From positions 23,746,001 through 23,810,000 of the forward strand of contig OZ024740.1 of NCBI GenBank assembly GCA_964016885.1: 64,000 nucleotides of DNA, read 5' to 3'. Every line of letters begins with the position of its first letter. The stretch's first letter is position 1. This document shows positions 1 to 13,109 of the stretch, piece by piece. The notes below the pieces were generated by a model. That model worked only from the letters and a program-made list of their open reading frames with translations, did not search any database and was not told the DNA's origin. Both the position numbers and the translations under genes were made by a program. Source of the stretch: Eledone cirrhosa. Its lineage: Eukaryota.

Positions 1-3000
1 ATAGCTTGTGTAGCTATAGAAGGAAGTTGAGTCAGTCAACAGACCAACTAGAAGGTACAAAAACATGGCTGACATATATAGCATGTGTAGCTAGGGAAGG
101 AAGCTGAGTCAACCAACAGGCCAACTGGTAGTTAAAACAACATGGCTGACATATATAGCTTGTGTAGCTAGAGAAGGAAGCTGAGTGAACCAACAGATCT
201 ACTGGTAGTTACAACAACATGGCTGACATATATAGCTTGTGCAGCTAGAGAAGGAAGCTGAGTCAACCAACAGACCAACTGGTACTTACAACAACATGGC
301 TGACATCTATATCTTGTGTAGCTAGAGAAGGAAGCTGAGTCAGTCAACAGACCAACTAGCAGTTACAACATCATGGCTGACATATATAACTTGTGTAGCT
401 AGAGAAGGAAACTGAGTCAGTCAACAGACCAACTGTTAGTTAAAACAACATGGCTGACATATATAGCTTGTTTAGCTAGAGAAGGAAGCTGAGTCAGTTA
501 ACAGACCAACTAGTAGTTACAACAACATGGCTGACATATATAGCTTGTGTAGCTAGAGAAGGAAGCTGAGTCAGTTAACAGACCAACTAGTAGTTACAAA
601 AACATGGCTGACATATATATCTTGTGTAGCTAGATAAGGAAGCTGATTCAGTCAACAGACCAACTAGTAGTTACAACAACATGGCTGACATATATAGCTT
701 GAGCAGCTAGAGAAGGAAGCTGAGTCAACCAACAGACCAACTGGTAGTTACAACAACATGGCTGACATATATATTTGTGTAGCTAGAGAATGAAGCTGAG
801 TCAACCAACAGACCAACTGGTCGTTACAACAACATGGCTGAGATATATATCTTGTGAAGCTAGAGAAGGAAGCTGAGTCAACCAACAGACCAACTGGTAC
901 TTACAACAAAATGGCTGACATATATAGCTTGTGTAGCTAGAGAAGGAAGCTGACTTAGTCAAGAGACCAACTAGTAGTTATAACAACATGGCTGACATAT
1001 ATAGCTTGTTTAGCTAGAGAAGGAAGCTGAGTGAACCAACAGATCTACTGGTAGTTACAACAACATGGCTGACATATATAGGTTGTGCAGCCAGAGAAGG
1101 AAGCTGAGTCATTCAACAGACCAACTAGTAGTTAAAACTACATGGCTGACATATATATAGCTTGTGTAGCTAGAGAAGGAAGCTGAGTCGACCAACAGAC
1201 CAACTAGTAGTTACAACAACATGGCTGACATATATAGCTTGTGTAGCTAGAGAAGGAAGCTGACTCAGTCAACAGACCAACTAGTAGTTACAACAACATG
1301 GCTGACATATATATCTTCAGAAGCTAGAGTAGGAAGCTGAGTCAGTCAACAGACCAACTGGTAGTTACAACAACATGGCTGACATATATAGCTTGTGTAG
1401 CTATAGAAGGAAGTTGAGTCAGTCAACAGACCAACTAGAAGGTACAAAAACATGGCTGACATATATAGCATGTGTAGCTAGGGAAGGAAGCTGAGTCAAC
1501 CAACAGGCCAACTGGTAGTTAAAACAACATGGCTGACATATATAGCTTGTGTAGCTAGAGAAGGAAGCTGAGTGAACCAACAGATCTACTGGTAGTTACA
1601 ACAACATGGCTGACATATATAGCTTGTGCAGCTAGAGAAGGCAGCTGAGTCAACCAACAGACCAACTGGTAGTTACAACAACATGGCTGACATCTATATC
1701 TTGTGTAGCTAGAGAAGGAAGCTGAGTCTGTCAACAGACCAACTAGCAGTTACAACATCATGGCTGACATATATAACTTGTGTAGCTAGAGAAGGAAACT
1801 GAATCAGTCAACAGACCAACTGGTAGTTAAAACAACATGGCTGACATATATAGCTTGTGTAGCTAGAGAAGGAAGCTGGGTCAGTTAACAGACCAACTAG
1901 TAGTTACAACAACATGGCTGACATATATAGCTTGTGTAGCTAGAGAAGGAAGCTGAGTCAGTTAACAGACCAAATAGTAGTTACAACAACATGGCTGACA
2001 TATATATCTTGAGCAGCTAGAGTAGGAAGCTGAGTCAGTCAACAGACCAACTGGTAGTTACAACAACATGGCTGACATATATAGCTTGTGAGGCTAGAGA
2101 AGGAAGCTGAGTCAGTCACCAGACCAACTAGTAGTTACAACAACATGGCTGACATATATAGCTTGTGTAGCTATAGAAGGAAGCTGAGTCAGTCAACAGA
2201 CCAACTAGTAGTTACAACAACATGGCTGACATATATAGCTTGTGTAGCTAGGGAAGGAAGCTGAGTCAACCAACAGACCAACTGGTAGTTAAAACAACAT
2301 GGCTGATATGTATAGCTTGTGTAGCTAGAGAAAGAAGCTGAGTCAGTTAACAGACCAACTAGTCGTTACAAAAACATGGCTGATATATATATCTTGTGTA
2401 GCTAGATAAGGAAGCTGATTCAGTCAACAGACCAACTAGTAGTTACAACAACATGGCTGACATATATAGCTTGAGCAGCTAGAGAAGGAAGCTGAGTCAA
2501 CCAACAGACCAACTGGTAGTTACAACAACATGGCTGAGATATATATCTTGTGTAGCTAGAGAAGGAAGCTGAGTCAACCAACAGACCAACTGGTAGTTAC
2601 AACAACATGGCTGAAATATATAGCTTGTGTAGCTAGAGAAGGAAGCTGAGTCAACCAACAGACCAACTGGTACTTACAACAAAATGGCTGACATATATAG
2701 CTTGTGTAGCTAGAGAAGGAAGCTGACTTAGTCAAGAGACCAACTAGTAGTTATAACAACATGGCTGACATATATAGCTTGTTTAGCTAGAGAAGGAAGC
2801 TGAGTCAGTTAACAGACCAACTAGTAGTTACAACAACATGGCTGACATATATAGCTTGTGTAGCTAGAGAAGGAAGCTGAGTCAGTCAACAGACCAACTG
2901 GTAGTTACAACAACATGGCTGACATATATAGCTTGTGTAGCTATAGAAGGAAGTTGAGTCAGTCAACAGACCAACTAGAAGGTACAAAAACATGGCTGAC

Positions 3001-6000
3001 ATATATAGCATGTGTAGCTAGGGAAGGAAGCTGAGTCAACCAACAGGCCAACTGGTAGTTAAAACAACATGGCTGACATATATAGCTTGTGTAGCTAGAG
3101 AAGGAAGCTGAGTGAACCAACAGATCTACTGGTAGTTACAACAACATGGCTGACATATATAGCTTGTGCAGCTAGAGAAGGAAGCTGAGTCAACCAACAG
3201 ACCAACTGGTACTTACAACAACATGGCTGACATCTATATCTTGTGTAGCTAGAGAAGGAAGCTGAGTCAGTCAACAGACCAACTAGCAGTTACAACATCA
3301 TGGCTGACATATATAACTTGTGTAGCTAGAGAAGGAAACTGAGTCAGTCAACAGACCAACTGTTAGTTAAAACAACATGGCTGACATATATAGCTTGTTT
3401 AGCTAGAGAAGGAAGCTGAGTCAGTTAACAGACCAACTAGTAGTTACAACAACATGGCTGACATATATAGCTTGTGTAGCTAGAGAAGGAAGCTGAGTCA
3501 GTTAACAGACCAACTAGTAGTTACAAAAACATGGCTGACATATATATCTTGTGTAGCTAGATAAGGAAGCTGATTCAGTCAACAGACCAACTAGTAGTTA
3601 CAACAACATGGCTGACATATATAGCTTGAGCAGCTAGAGAAGGAAGCTGAGTCAACCAACAGACCAACTGGTAGTTACAACAACATGGCTGACATATATA
3701 TTTGTGTAGCTAGAGAATGAAGCTGAGTCAACCAACAGACCAACTGGTCGTTACAACAACATGGCTGAGATATATATCTTGTGAAGCTAGAGAAGGAAGC
3801 TGAGTCAACCAACAGACCAACTGGTACTTACAACAAAATGGCTGACATATATAGCTTGTGTAGCTAGAGAAGGAAGCTGACTTAGTCAAGAGACCAACTA
3901 GTAGTTATAACAACATGGCTGACATATATAGCTTGTTTAGCTAGAGAAGGAAGCTGAGTGAACCAACAGATCTACTGGTAGTTACAACAACATGGCTGAC
4001 ATATATAGGTTGTGCAGCCAGAGAAGGAAGCTGAGTCATTCAACAGACCAACTAGTAGTTAAAACTACATGGCTGACATATATATAGCTTGTGTAGCTAG
4101 AGAAGGAAGCTGAGTCGACCAACAGACCAACTAGTAGTTACAACAACATGGCTGACATATATAGCTTGTGTAGCTAGAGAAGGAAGCTGACTCAGTCAAC
4201 AGACCAACTAGTAGTTACAACAACATGGCTGACATATATATCTTCAGAAGCTAGAGTAGGAAGCTGAGTCAGTCAACAGACCAACTGGTAGTTACAACAA
4301 CATGGCTGACATATATAGCTTGTGTAGCTATAGAAGGAAGTTGAGTCAGTCAACAGACCAACTAGAAGGTACAAAAACATGGCTGACATATATAGCATGT
4401 GTAGCTAGGGAAGGAAGCTGAGTCAACCAACAGGCCAACTGGTAGTTAAAACAACATGGCTGACATATATAGCTTGTGTAGCTAGAGAAGGAAGCTGAGT
4501 GAACCAACAGATCTACTGGTAGTTACAACAACATGGCTGACATATATAGCTTGTGCAGCTAGAGAAGGCAGCTGAGTCAACCAACAGACCAACTGGTAGT
4601 TACAACAACATGGCTGACATCTATATCTTGTGTAGCTAGAGAAGGAAGCTGAGTCTGTCAACAGACCAACTAGCAGTTACAACATCATGGCTGACATATA
4701 TAACTTGTGTAGCTAGAGAAGGAAACTGAATCAGTCAACAGACCAACTGGTAGTTAAAACAACATGGCTGACATATATAGCTTGTGTAGCTAGAGAAGGA
4801 AGCTGGGTCAGTTAACAGACCAACTAGTAGTTACAACAACATGGCTGACATATATAGCTTGTGTAGCTAGAGAAGGAAGCTGAGTCAGTTAACAGACCAA
4901 ATAGTAGTTACAACAACATGGCTGACATATATATCTTGAGCAGCTAGAGTAGGAAGCTGAGTCAGTCAACAGACCAACTGGTAGTTACAACAACATGGCT
5001 GACATATATAGCTTGTGAGGCTAGAGAAGGAAGCTGAGTCAGTCACCAGACCAACTAGTAGTTACAACAACATGGCTGACATATATAGCTTGTGTAGCTA
5101 TAGAAGGAAGCTGAGTCAGTCAACAGACCAACTAGTAGTTACAACAACATGGCTGACATATATAGCTTGTGTAGCTAGGGAAGGAAGCTGAGTCAACCAA
5201 CAGACCAACTGGTAGTTAAAACAACATGGCTGATATGTATAGCTTGTGTAGCTAGAGAAAGAAGCTGAGTCAGTTAACAGACCAACTAGTCGTTACAAAA
5301 ACATGGCTGATATATATATCTTGTGTAGCTAGATAAGGAAGCTGATTCAGTCAACAGACCAACTAGTAGTTACAACAACATGGCTGACATATATAGCTTG
5401 AGCAGCTAGAGAAGGAAGCTGAGTCAACCAACAGACCAACTGGTAGTTACAACAACATGGCTGAGATATATATCTTGTGTAGCTAGAGAAGGAAGCTGAG
5501 TCAACCAACAGACCAACTGGTAGTTACAACAACATGGCTGAAATATATAGCTTGTGTAGCTAGAGAAGGAAGCTGAGTCAACCAACAGACCAACTGGTAC
5601 TTACAACAAAATGGCTGACATATATAGCTTGTGTAGCTAGAGAAGGAAGCTGACTTAGTCAAGAGACCAACTAGTAGTTATAACAACATGGCTGACATAT
5701 ATAGCTTGTTTAGCTAGAGAAGGAAGCTGAGTCAGTTAACAGACCAACTAGTAGTTACAACAACATGGCTGACATATATAGCTTGTGTAGCTAGAGAAGG
5801 AAGCTGAGTCAGTCAACAGACCAACTGGTAGTTACAACAACATGGCTGACATATATAGCTTGTGTAGCTATAGAAGGAAGTTGAGTCAGTCAACAGACCA
5901 ACTAGAAGGTACAAAAACATGGCTGACATATATAGCATGTGTAGCTAGGGAAGGAAGCTGAGTCAACCAACAGGCCAACTGGTAGTTAAAACAACATGGC

Positions 6001-8635
6001 TGACATATATAGCTTGTGTAGCTAGAGAAGGAAGCTGAGTGAACCAACAGATCTACTGGTAGTTACAACAACATGGCTGACATATATAGCTTGTGCAGCT
6101 AGAGAAGGAAGCTGAGTCAACCAACAGACCAACTGGTACTTACAACAACATGGCTGACATCTATATCTTGTGTAGCTAGAGAAGGAAGCTGAGTCAGTCA
6201 ACAGACCAACTAGCAGTTACAACATCATGGCTGACATATATAACTTGTGTAGCTAGAGAAGGAAACTGAGTCAGTCAACAGACCAACTGTTAGTTAAAAC
6301 AACATGGCTGACATATATAGCTTGTTTAGCTAGAGAAGGAAGCTGAGTCAGTTAACAGACCAACTAGTAGTTACAACAACATGGCTGACATATATAGCTT
6401 GTGTAGCTAGAGAAGGAAGCTGAGTCAGTTAACAGACCAACTAGTAGTTACAAAAACATGGCTGACATATATATCTTGTGTAGCTAGATAAGGAAGCTGA
6501 TTCAGTCAACAGACCAACTAGTAGTTACAACAACATGGCTGACATATATAGCTTGAGCAGCTAGAGAAGGAAGCTGAGTCAACCAACAGACCAACTGGTA
6601 GTTACAACAACATGGCTGACATATATATTTGTGTAGCTAGAGAATGAAGCTGAGTCAACCAACAGACCAACTGGTAGTTACAACAACATGGCTGAGATAT
6701 ATATCTTGTGAAGCTAGAGAAGGAAGCTGAGTCAACCAACAGACCAACTGGTACTTACAACAAAATGGCTGACATATATAGCTTGTGTAGCTAGAGAAGG
6801 AAGCTGACTTAGTCAAGAGACCAACTAGTAGTTATAACAACATGGCTGACATATATAGCTTGTTTAGCTAGAGAAGGAAGCTGAGTGAACCAACAGATCT
6901 ACTGGTAGTTACAACAACATGGCTGACATATATAGGTTGTGCAGCCAGAGAAGGAAGCTGAGTCATTCAACAGACCAACTAGTAGTTAAAACTACATGGC
7001 TGACATATATATAGCTTGTGTAGCTAGAGAAGGAAGCTGAGTCGACCAACAGACCAACTAGTAGTTACAACAACATGGCTGACATATATAGCTTGTGTAG
7101 CTAGAGAAGGAAGCTGACTCAGTCAACAGACCAACTAGTAGTTACAACAACATGGCTGACATATATATCTTGAGAAGCTAGAGTAGGAAGCTGAGTCAGT
7201 CAACAGACCAACTGGTAGTTACAACAACATGGCTGACATATATAGCTTGTGTAGCTATAGAAGGAAGTTGAGTCAGTCAACTGACCAACTAGAAGGTACA
7301 AAAACATGGCTGACATATATAGCATGTGTAGCTAGGGAAGGAAGCTGAGTCAACCAACAGGCCAACTGGTAGTTAAAACAACATGGCTGACATATATAGC
7401 TTGTGTAGCTAGAGAAGGAAGCTGAGTGAACCAACAGATCTACTGGTAGTTACAACAACATGGCTGACATATATAGCTTGTGCAGCTAGAGAAGGCAGCT
7501 GAGTCAACCAACAGACCAACTGGTAGTTACAACAACATGGCTGACATCTATATCTTGTGTAGCTAGAGAAGGAAGCTGAGTCTGTCAACAGACCAACTAG
7601 CAGTTACAACATCATGGCTGACATATATAACTTGTGTAGCTAGAGAAGGAAACTGAATCAGTCAACAGACCAACTGGTAGTTAAAACAACATGGCTGACA
7701 TATATAGCTTGTGTAGCTAGAGAAGGAAGCTGGGTCAGTTAACAGACCAACTAGTAGTTACAACAACATGGCTGACATATATAGCTTGTGTAGCTAGAGA
7801 AGGAAGCTGAGTCAGTTAACAGACCAAATAGTAGTTACAACAACATGGCTGACATATATATCTTGAGCAGCTAGAGTAGGAAGCTGAGTCAGTCAACAGA
7901 CCAACTGGTAGTTACAACAACATGGCTGACATATATAGCTTGTGAGGCTAGAGAAGGAAGCTGAGTCAGTCACCAGACCAACTAGTAGTTACAACAACAT
8001 GGCTGACATATATAGCTTGTGTAGCTATAGAAGGAAGCTGAGTCAGTCAACAGACCAACTAGTAGTTACAACAACATGGCTGACATATATAGCTTGTGTA
8101 GCTAGGGAAGGAAGCTGAGTCAACCAACAGACCAACTGGTAGTTAAAACAACATGGCTGATATGTATAGCTTGTGTAGCTAGAGAAAGAAGCTGAGTCAG
8201 TTAACAGACCAACTAGTCGTTACAAAAACATGGCTGATATATATATCTTGTGTAGCTAGATAAGGAAGCTGATTCAGTCAACAGACCAACTAGTAGTTAC
8301 AACAACATGGCTGACATATATAGCTTGAGCAGCTAGAGAAGGAAGCTGAGTCAACCAACAGACCAACTGGTAGTTACAACAACATGGCTGAGATATATAT
8401 CTTGTGTAGCTAGAGAAGGAAGCTGAGTCAACCAACAGACCAACTGGTAGTTACAACAACATGGCTGAAATATATAGCTTGTGTAGCTAGAGAAGGAAGC
8501 TGAGTCAACCAACAGACCAACTGGTACTTACAACAAAATGGCTGACATATATAGCTTGTGTAGCTAGAGAAGGAAGCTGACTTAGTCAAGAGACCAACTA
8601 GTAGTTATAACAACATGGCTGACATATATAGCTTG
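1..8635. repeat. Higher-order repeat, 38 monomers / 2927 bp, ~3 tandem copies
   Basis: Marker CTATAGAAGGAAGTTGAG...GAAGGTACAAAAAC starts at 14, 2941 and 5868 (period 2927 = 38x77+1; one -1 and one +2 indel per unit). The order of variants is preserved until ~8635. Confidence 0.93.
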
Positions 8636-8859
8636 TGCAGCTAGAGAAGGAAGCTGAGTCATTCAACAGACCAACTAGTAGTTACAACAAAATGGCTGAC
8701 ATATATATCTTGAGAAGCTAGAGTAGGAAGCTGAGTCAGTCAACAGACCAACTGGTAGTTACAACAACATGGCTGACATATATAGCTTGTGTAGCTATAG
8801 AAGGAAGCTGAGTCAGTCAACAGACCAACTAGAAGGTACAACAAAATGGCTGACATATA

Positions 8860-9900
8860 TAGCATGTGTAGCTAGGGAAGGAAGACGGGTCAACCAACAG
8901 ACCTACTGGTAGTTACAACATCATGGCTGACATATATAACTTGTGTAGATAGAGAAGGAAGCTGAGTCAACCAACAGACCAACTGGTACTTACAACAACA
9001 TGGCTGACATATATATAGCTTGTGTACCTAGAGAAGGAAGCTGACTCAGTCAACAGACCAACTAGTAGTTACAACCACATGGCTGACATATAAAGGTTGT
9101 GTAGCTAGAGAATGAAGCTGAGTCAGTCAACAGACCAGCTAGTAGTTACAACATAGCTGACATATATAGCTTGTGTAGCTAGGGAAGGAAGCTGAATCAA
9201 CCAACAGACCAACTGGTAGTTACAACAACTTGGCTGACATATATATCTTGTGTAGCTAGAGAAGGAAGCTGAGTCAGTTAACAGACCAACTAGTAGTTAC
9301 AACAACATGGCTGACATATATATCTTGAGCAGCTACAGAAGGAAGATGAGTCAGTCAACAGACCAACTAGTAGTTACAACAACATGGCTGACATATATAG
9401 CTTGTGTAGCTAGAGAAGGAAGATGGGTCAACCAACAGACCTACTGGTAGTTACAACATCATGGCTGACATATATAGCTTGTGTAGATAGAGAAGGAAGC
9501 TGAGTCAACCAACAAACCAACTGGTACTTACAACAACATGGCTGACATATATATAGCTTGTGTACCTAGAGAAGGAAGCTGACTCAGTCAACAGACCAAC
9601 TAGTAGTTACAACCACATGGCTGACATATAAAGCTTGTGTAGCTAGAGAAGGAAGCTGAGTGAACCAACAGACCTGCTGGTAGTTACAACAACATGGCTG
9701 ACATATATAGCTTGTGTAGCTAGAGAATGAATCTGAGTCAGTCAACAGACCAGCTAGTAGTTACAACATAGCTGACATATATAGCTTGTGTAGCTAGGGA
9801 AGGAAGCTGAATCAACCAACAGACCAACTGGTAGTTACAACAACTTGGCTGACATATATATCTTGTGTAGCTAGAGAAGGAAGCTGACTCAGTCAACAGA
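8860..9900. repeat. Diverged ~7-8-mer duplicated block (~538 bp offset) at the subfamily transition
   Basis: AGA(C/T)GGGTCAACC...ACAACATCATGG at ~8883 and ~9421. The two copies share GTACCTAG, ACAACCAC/ATAAAG and a 3-bp-deleted monomer (ACAACATAGCTGAC at ~9150 and ~9765). Confidence 0.75.
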
Positions 9901-12900
9901 CCAACTAGTAGTTACAACAGCATGGCTGACATATATAGCTTGTGTAGCTAGAGAAGGAAGCTGAATCAACCAACAGACCAACTGGTAGTTACAACAACAT
10001 GGCTGACATATATAGCTTATGTAGCTAGAGAAGGAAGCTGAGTCATCCAACAGACAAACTGGTAGTTACAACAACATGGCTGACATATATATCTTGTGTA
10101 GCTAGAGAAGGAAGCTGAATCAAACGACAGACCTACTAGTAGTTTCAACAACATGGCTGGCATATATAGCTTCTGTAGGTAGAGAAGGAAGCTGAGTCTA
10201 CCAACAGACCAACTGGCAGTTACAACAACATGGCTGACATATATAGCTTGTGTAGCTAGAGAAGGAAGCTGAGTCAACCAACAGACCAACTGGTAGTTAC
10301 AACAACATGGCTGACATATATATCTTGTGTAGCTAGAGAAGGTACCTGAGTCAACCAACAGACCTACTGGTAGTTACAACAACATGGCTGACATATATAG
10401 CTTGTGTAGCTAGAGAAGGAAGCTGAGTCAGTCAACAGAACAACTAGTAGTTACAACAACATGGCTGACATATATATATTGTGTAGCTAGAGAAGGAAGC
10501 TGATTTAACCAACATACCTACTGGTAGTTACAACAAAATGGCTGACATATATAGCTTGTGTAGCTAGAGAAGGAAGCTGAGTCAACCAACAGACCAACTG
10601 GTAGTTACAACAACATGTCTGACATATATAGCTTCTGTAGCTAGAGAAGGAAGCTAAGTCAACCAACAGACCTACTGGTAGTTACAACAACATGGCTGAC
10701 ATATATAGCTTCTGTAGCTAGAGAAGGAAGCTGAGTCAAGCAACAGAACAACTGGTAGTTACAACAACATGGCTGACATATATAGCTTGTGTAGCTAGAG
10801 AAGGAAGCTGAGTCAACCAACAGACCAACTGGTAGTTACAACAACATGGCTGACATATATAGCTTGTGTAGCTAGTGAAGGAAGCTGATTTAACCAACAG
10901 ACCTACTGGTAGTTACAACAACATGGCTGACATATATAGCTTGTGTAGCTAGAGAAGGAAGCTGACTCAACCAACAGACCAACTGGTATTTACAACAACA
11001 TGGCTGACATATATAGCTTCTGTAGCTAGAGAAGGAAGCTGAGTCTACCAACAGACCAATTGGTAGTTACAACAACATGGCTGACATTTATATCTTGTGT
11101 AGCTAGAGAAGGAAGCTGAGTCAACCAAGAGACCAACTGGTAGTTACAACAACATGGCTGACATTTATAACTTGTGTAGCTAGATAATGAAGCTGAGTCA
11201 GCCAACAGACCTACTAGTAGTTACAATAACATGGCTGACTTATATAGCTTGTGTAGCTAGAGAAGGCAGCTGAGACAACTAACAGACCAACTGGTAGTTA
11301 CAACAACATGGCTGACATATATAGCTTGTGTAGCTAGAGAAGGAAGCTGAGTCAACCAACAGACCGACTGGTAGTTACAACAACATGGCTGACATATATA
11401 GCTTGTGTAGCTAGAGAAGGAAGCTGAGTCAGTCAACAGACCAACTAGTAGTTACAACAACATGGCTGACATATATAGCTTAAGTAGCTAGAGAAGGAAG
11501 CTGAGTCAACCAACAGACCAACTGGTAGTTACAACAACATCGCTGACATATATATCTTGTGTAGCTAGAGAAGGAATCTGAGTCAAACGACTTACCTACT
11601 AGTAGTTTCAACAACATAGCTGGCATATATAGCTTCTGTAGGTAGAGAAGGAAGCTGAGTCTACCAACAGACCAACTGGTAGTTACAACAACATGGCTGA
11701 CATATATAGCTTGTGTAGCTAGAGAAGGAAGCTGAGGCTACCAACAGACCAACTGGTAGTTACAACAACATGGCTGACATATATATCTTGTGTAGCTAGA
11801 GAAGGTACCTGAGTCAACCAAGAGACCAACTGGTAGTTACAACAACATGGCTGACATATATAGCTTATGTAGCTAGAGAAGGAAGCTGAGTCAACCAAGA
11901 GACCAACTGGTAGTTACAACAACATGGCTGACATATATATCTTGTGTAGCTAGAGAAGGAAGCTGAGTCAAACGACAGACCTACTAGTAGTTTCAACAAC
12001 ATGGCTGGCATATATAGCTTCTGTAGGTAGAGAAGGAAGCTGAGTCTACCAACAGACCAACTGGTAGTTACAACAACATGGCTGACATATATAGCTTGTG
12101 TAGCTAGAGAAGGAAGCTGAGTCAACCAACAGACCAACTGGTAGTAACAACAACATGGCTAACATATATAGCTTGTGTAGCTAGAGAAGGAAACTGAGTC
12201 ATTCAACAGACCACCTGGTAGTTACAACAACATGGCTGACATATATAGCTTGTGTAGCTAGAGAAGGAAGCTGAGTCAACCAACAAACCAACTGGTAGTT
12301 ACAACAACATGGCTGATATATATAGCTTGTGTAGCTAGAGAAGGAAGCTGAGTCAGTCAACAGACCAAATGGTAGTTACAACAACATGGCTGACATATAT
12401 AGCTTGTGTAGCTAGGGAAGGAAGCTGAGTCAACCAACAGACCAACTGGTAGTTACAACAACATGGCTGACATATATAGCTTGTGTAACTAGAGAAGGAA
12501 ACTGAATCAGTCAACAGACCAACTGGTAGTTACAACAACATGGCTGACATATATAGCTTGTGTAGCTACAGAAGGAAGCTGAGTCAAACAACAGACCTAC
12601 TGGTAGTTACAACAACATGGCTGACATATATAGCTTGTGTAGCGTGAGAAGGAAGATGACTCAGTCAACAGACCAACTAGTAGTTACAACAACATGGCTG
12701 ACATATATATCTTGTGTAGCTAGAGAAGGAAGATGAGTCAGTCAACAGACCAACTAGTAGTTACAACCACATGGCTGACATATAAAGCTTGTGTAGCTAG
12801 AGAAGGAAGCTGAGACAGTCAACAGACCAACTAGTAGTTACAACTACATGACTGACATATATATAGCTTGTGTAGCTAGAGAAGGAAGCTGAATCAACCA

Positions 12901-13109
12901 ACAGACCAACTGGTAGTTACAACAACTTGGCTGACATATATAGCTTATGTAGCTAGAGAAGGAAGCTGAGTCAACCAACAGACCAACTGGTAGTTACAAC
13001 AACATCGCTGACATATATATCTTGTGTAGCTAGAGAAGGAAGCTGAGTCAAACGACTTACCTGCTAGTAGTTTCAACAACATGGCTGGCATATATAGCTT
13101 CTGTAGCTA

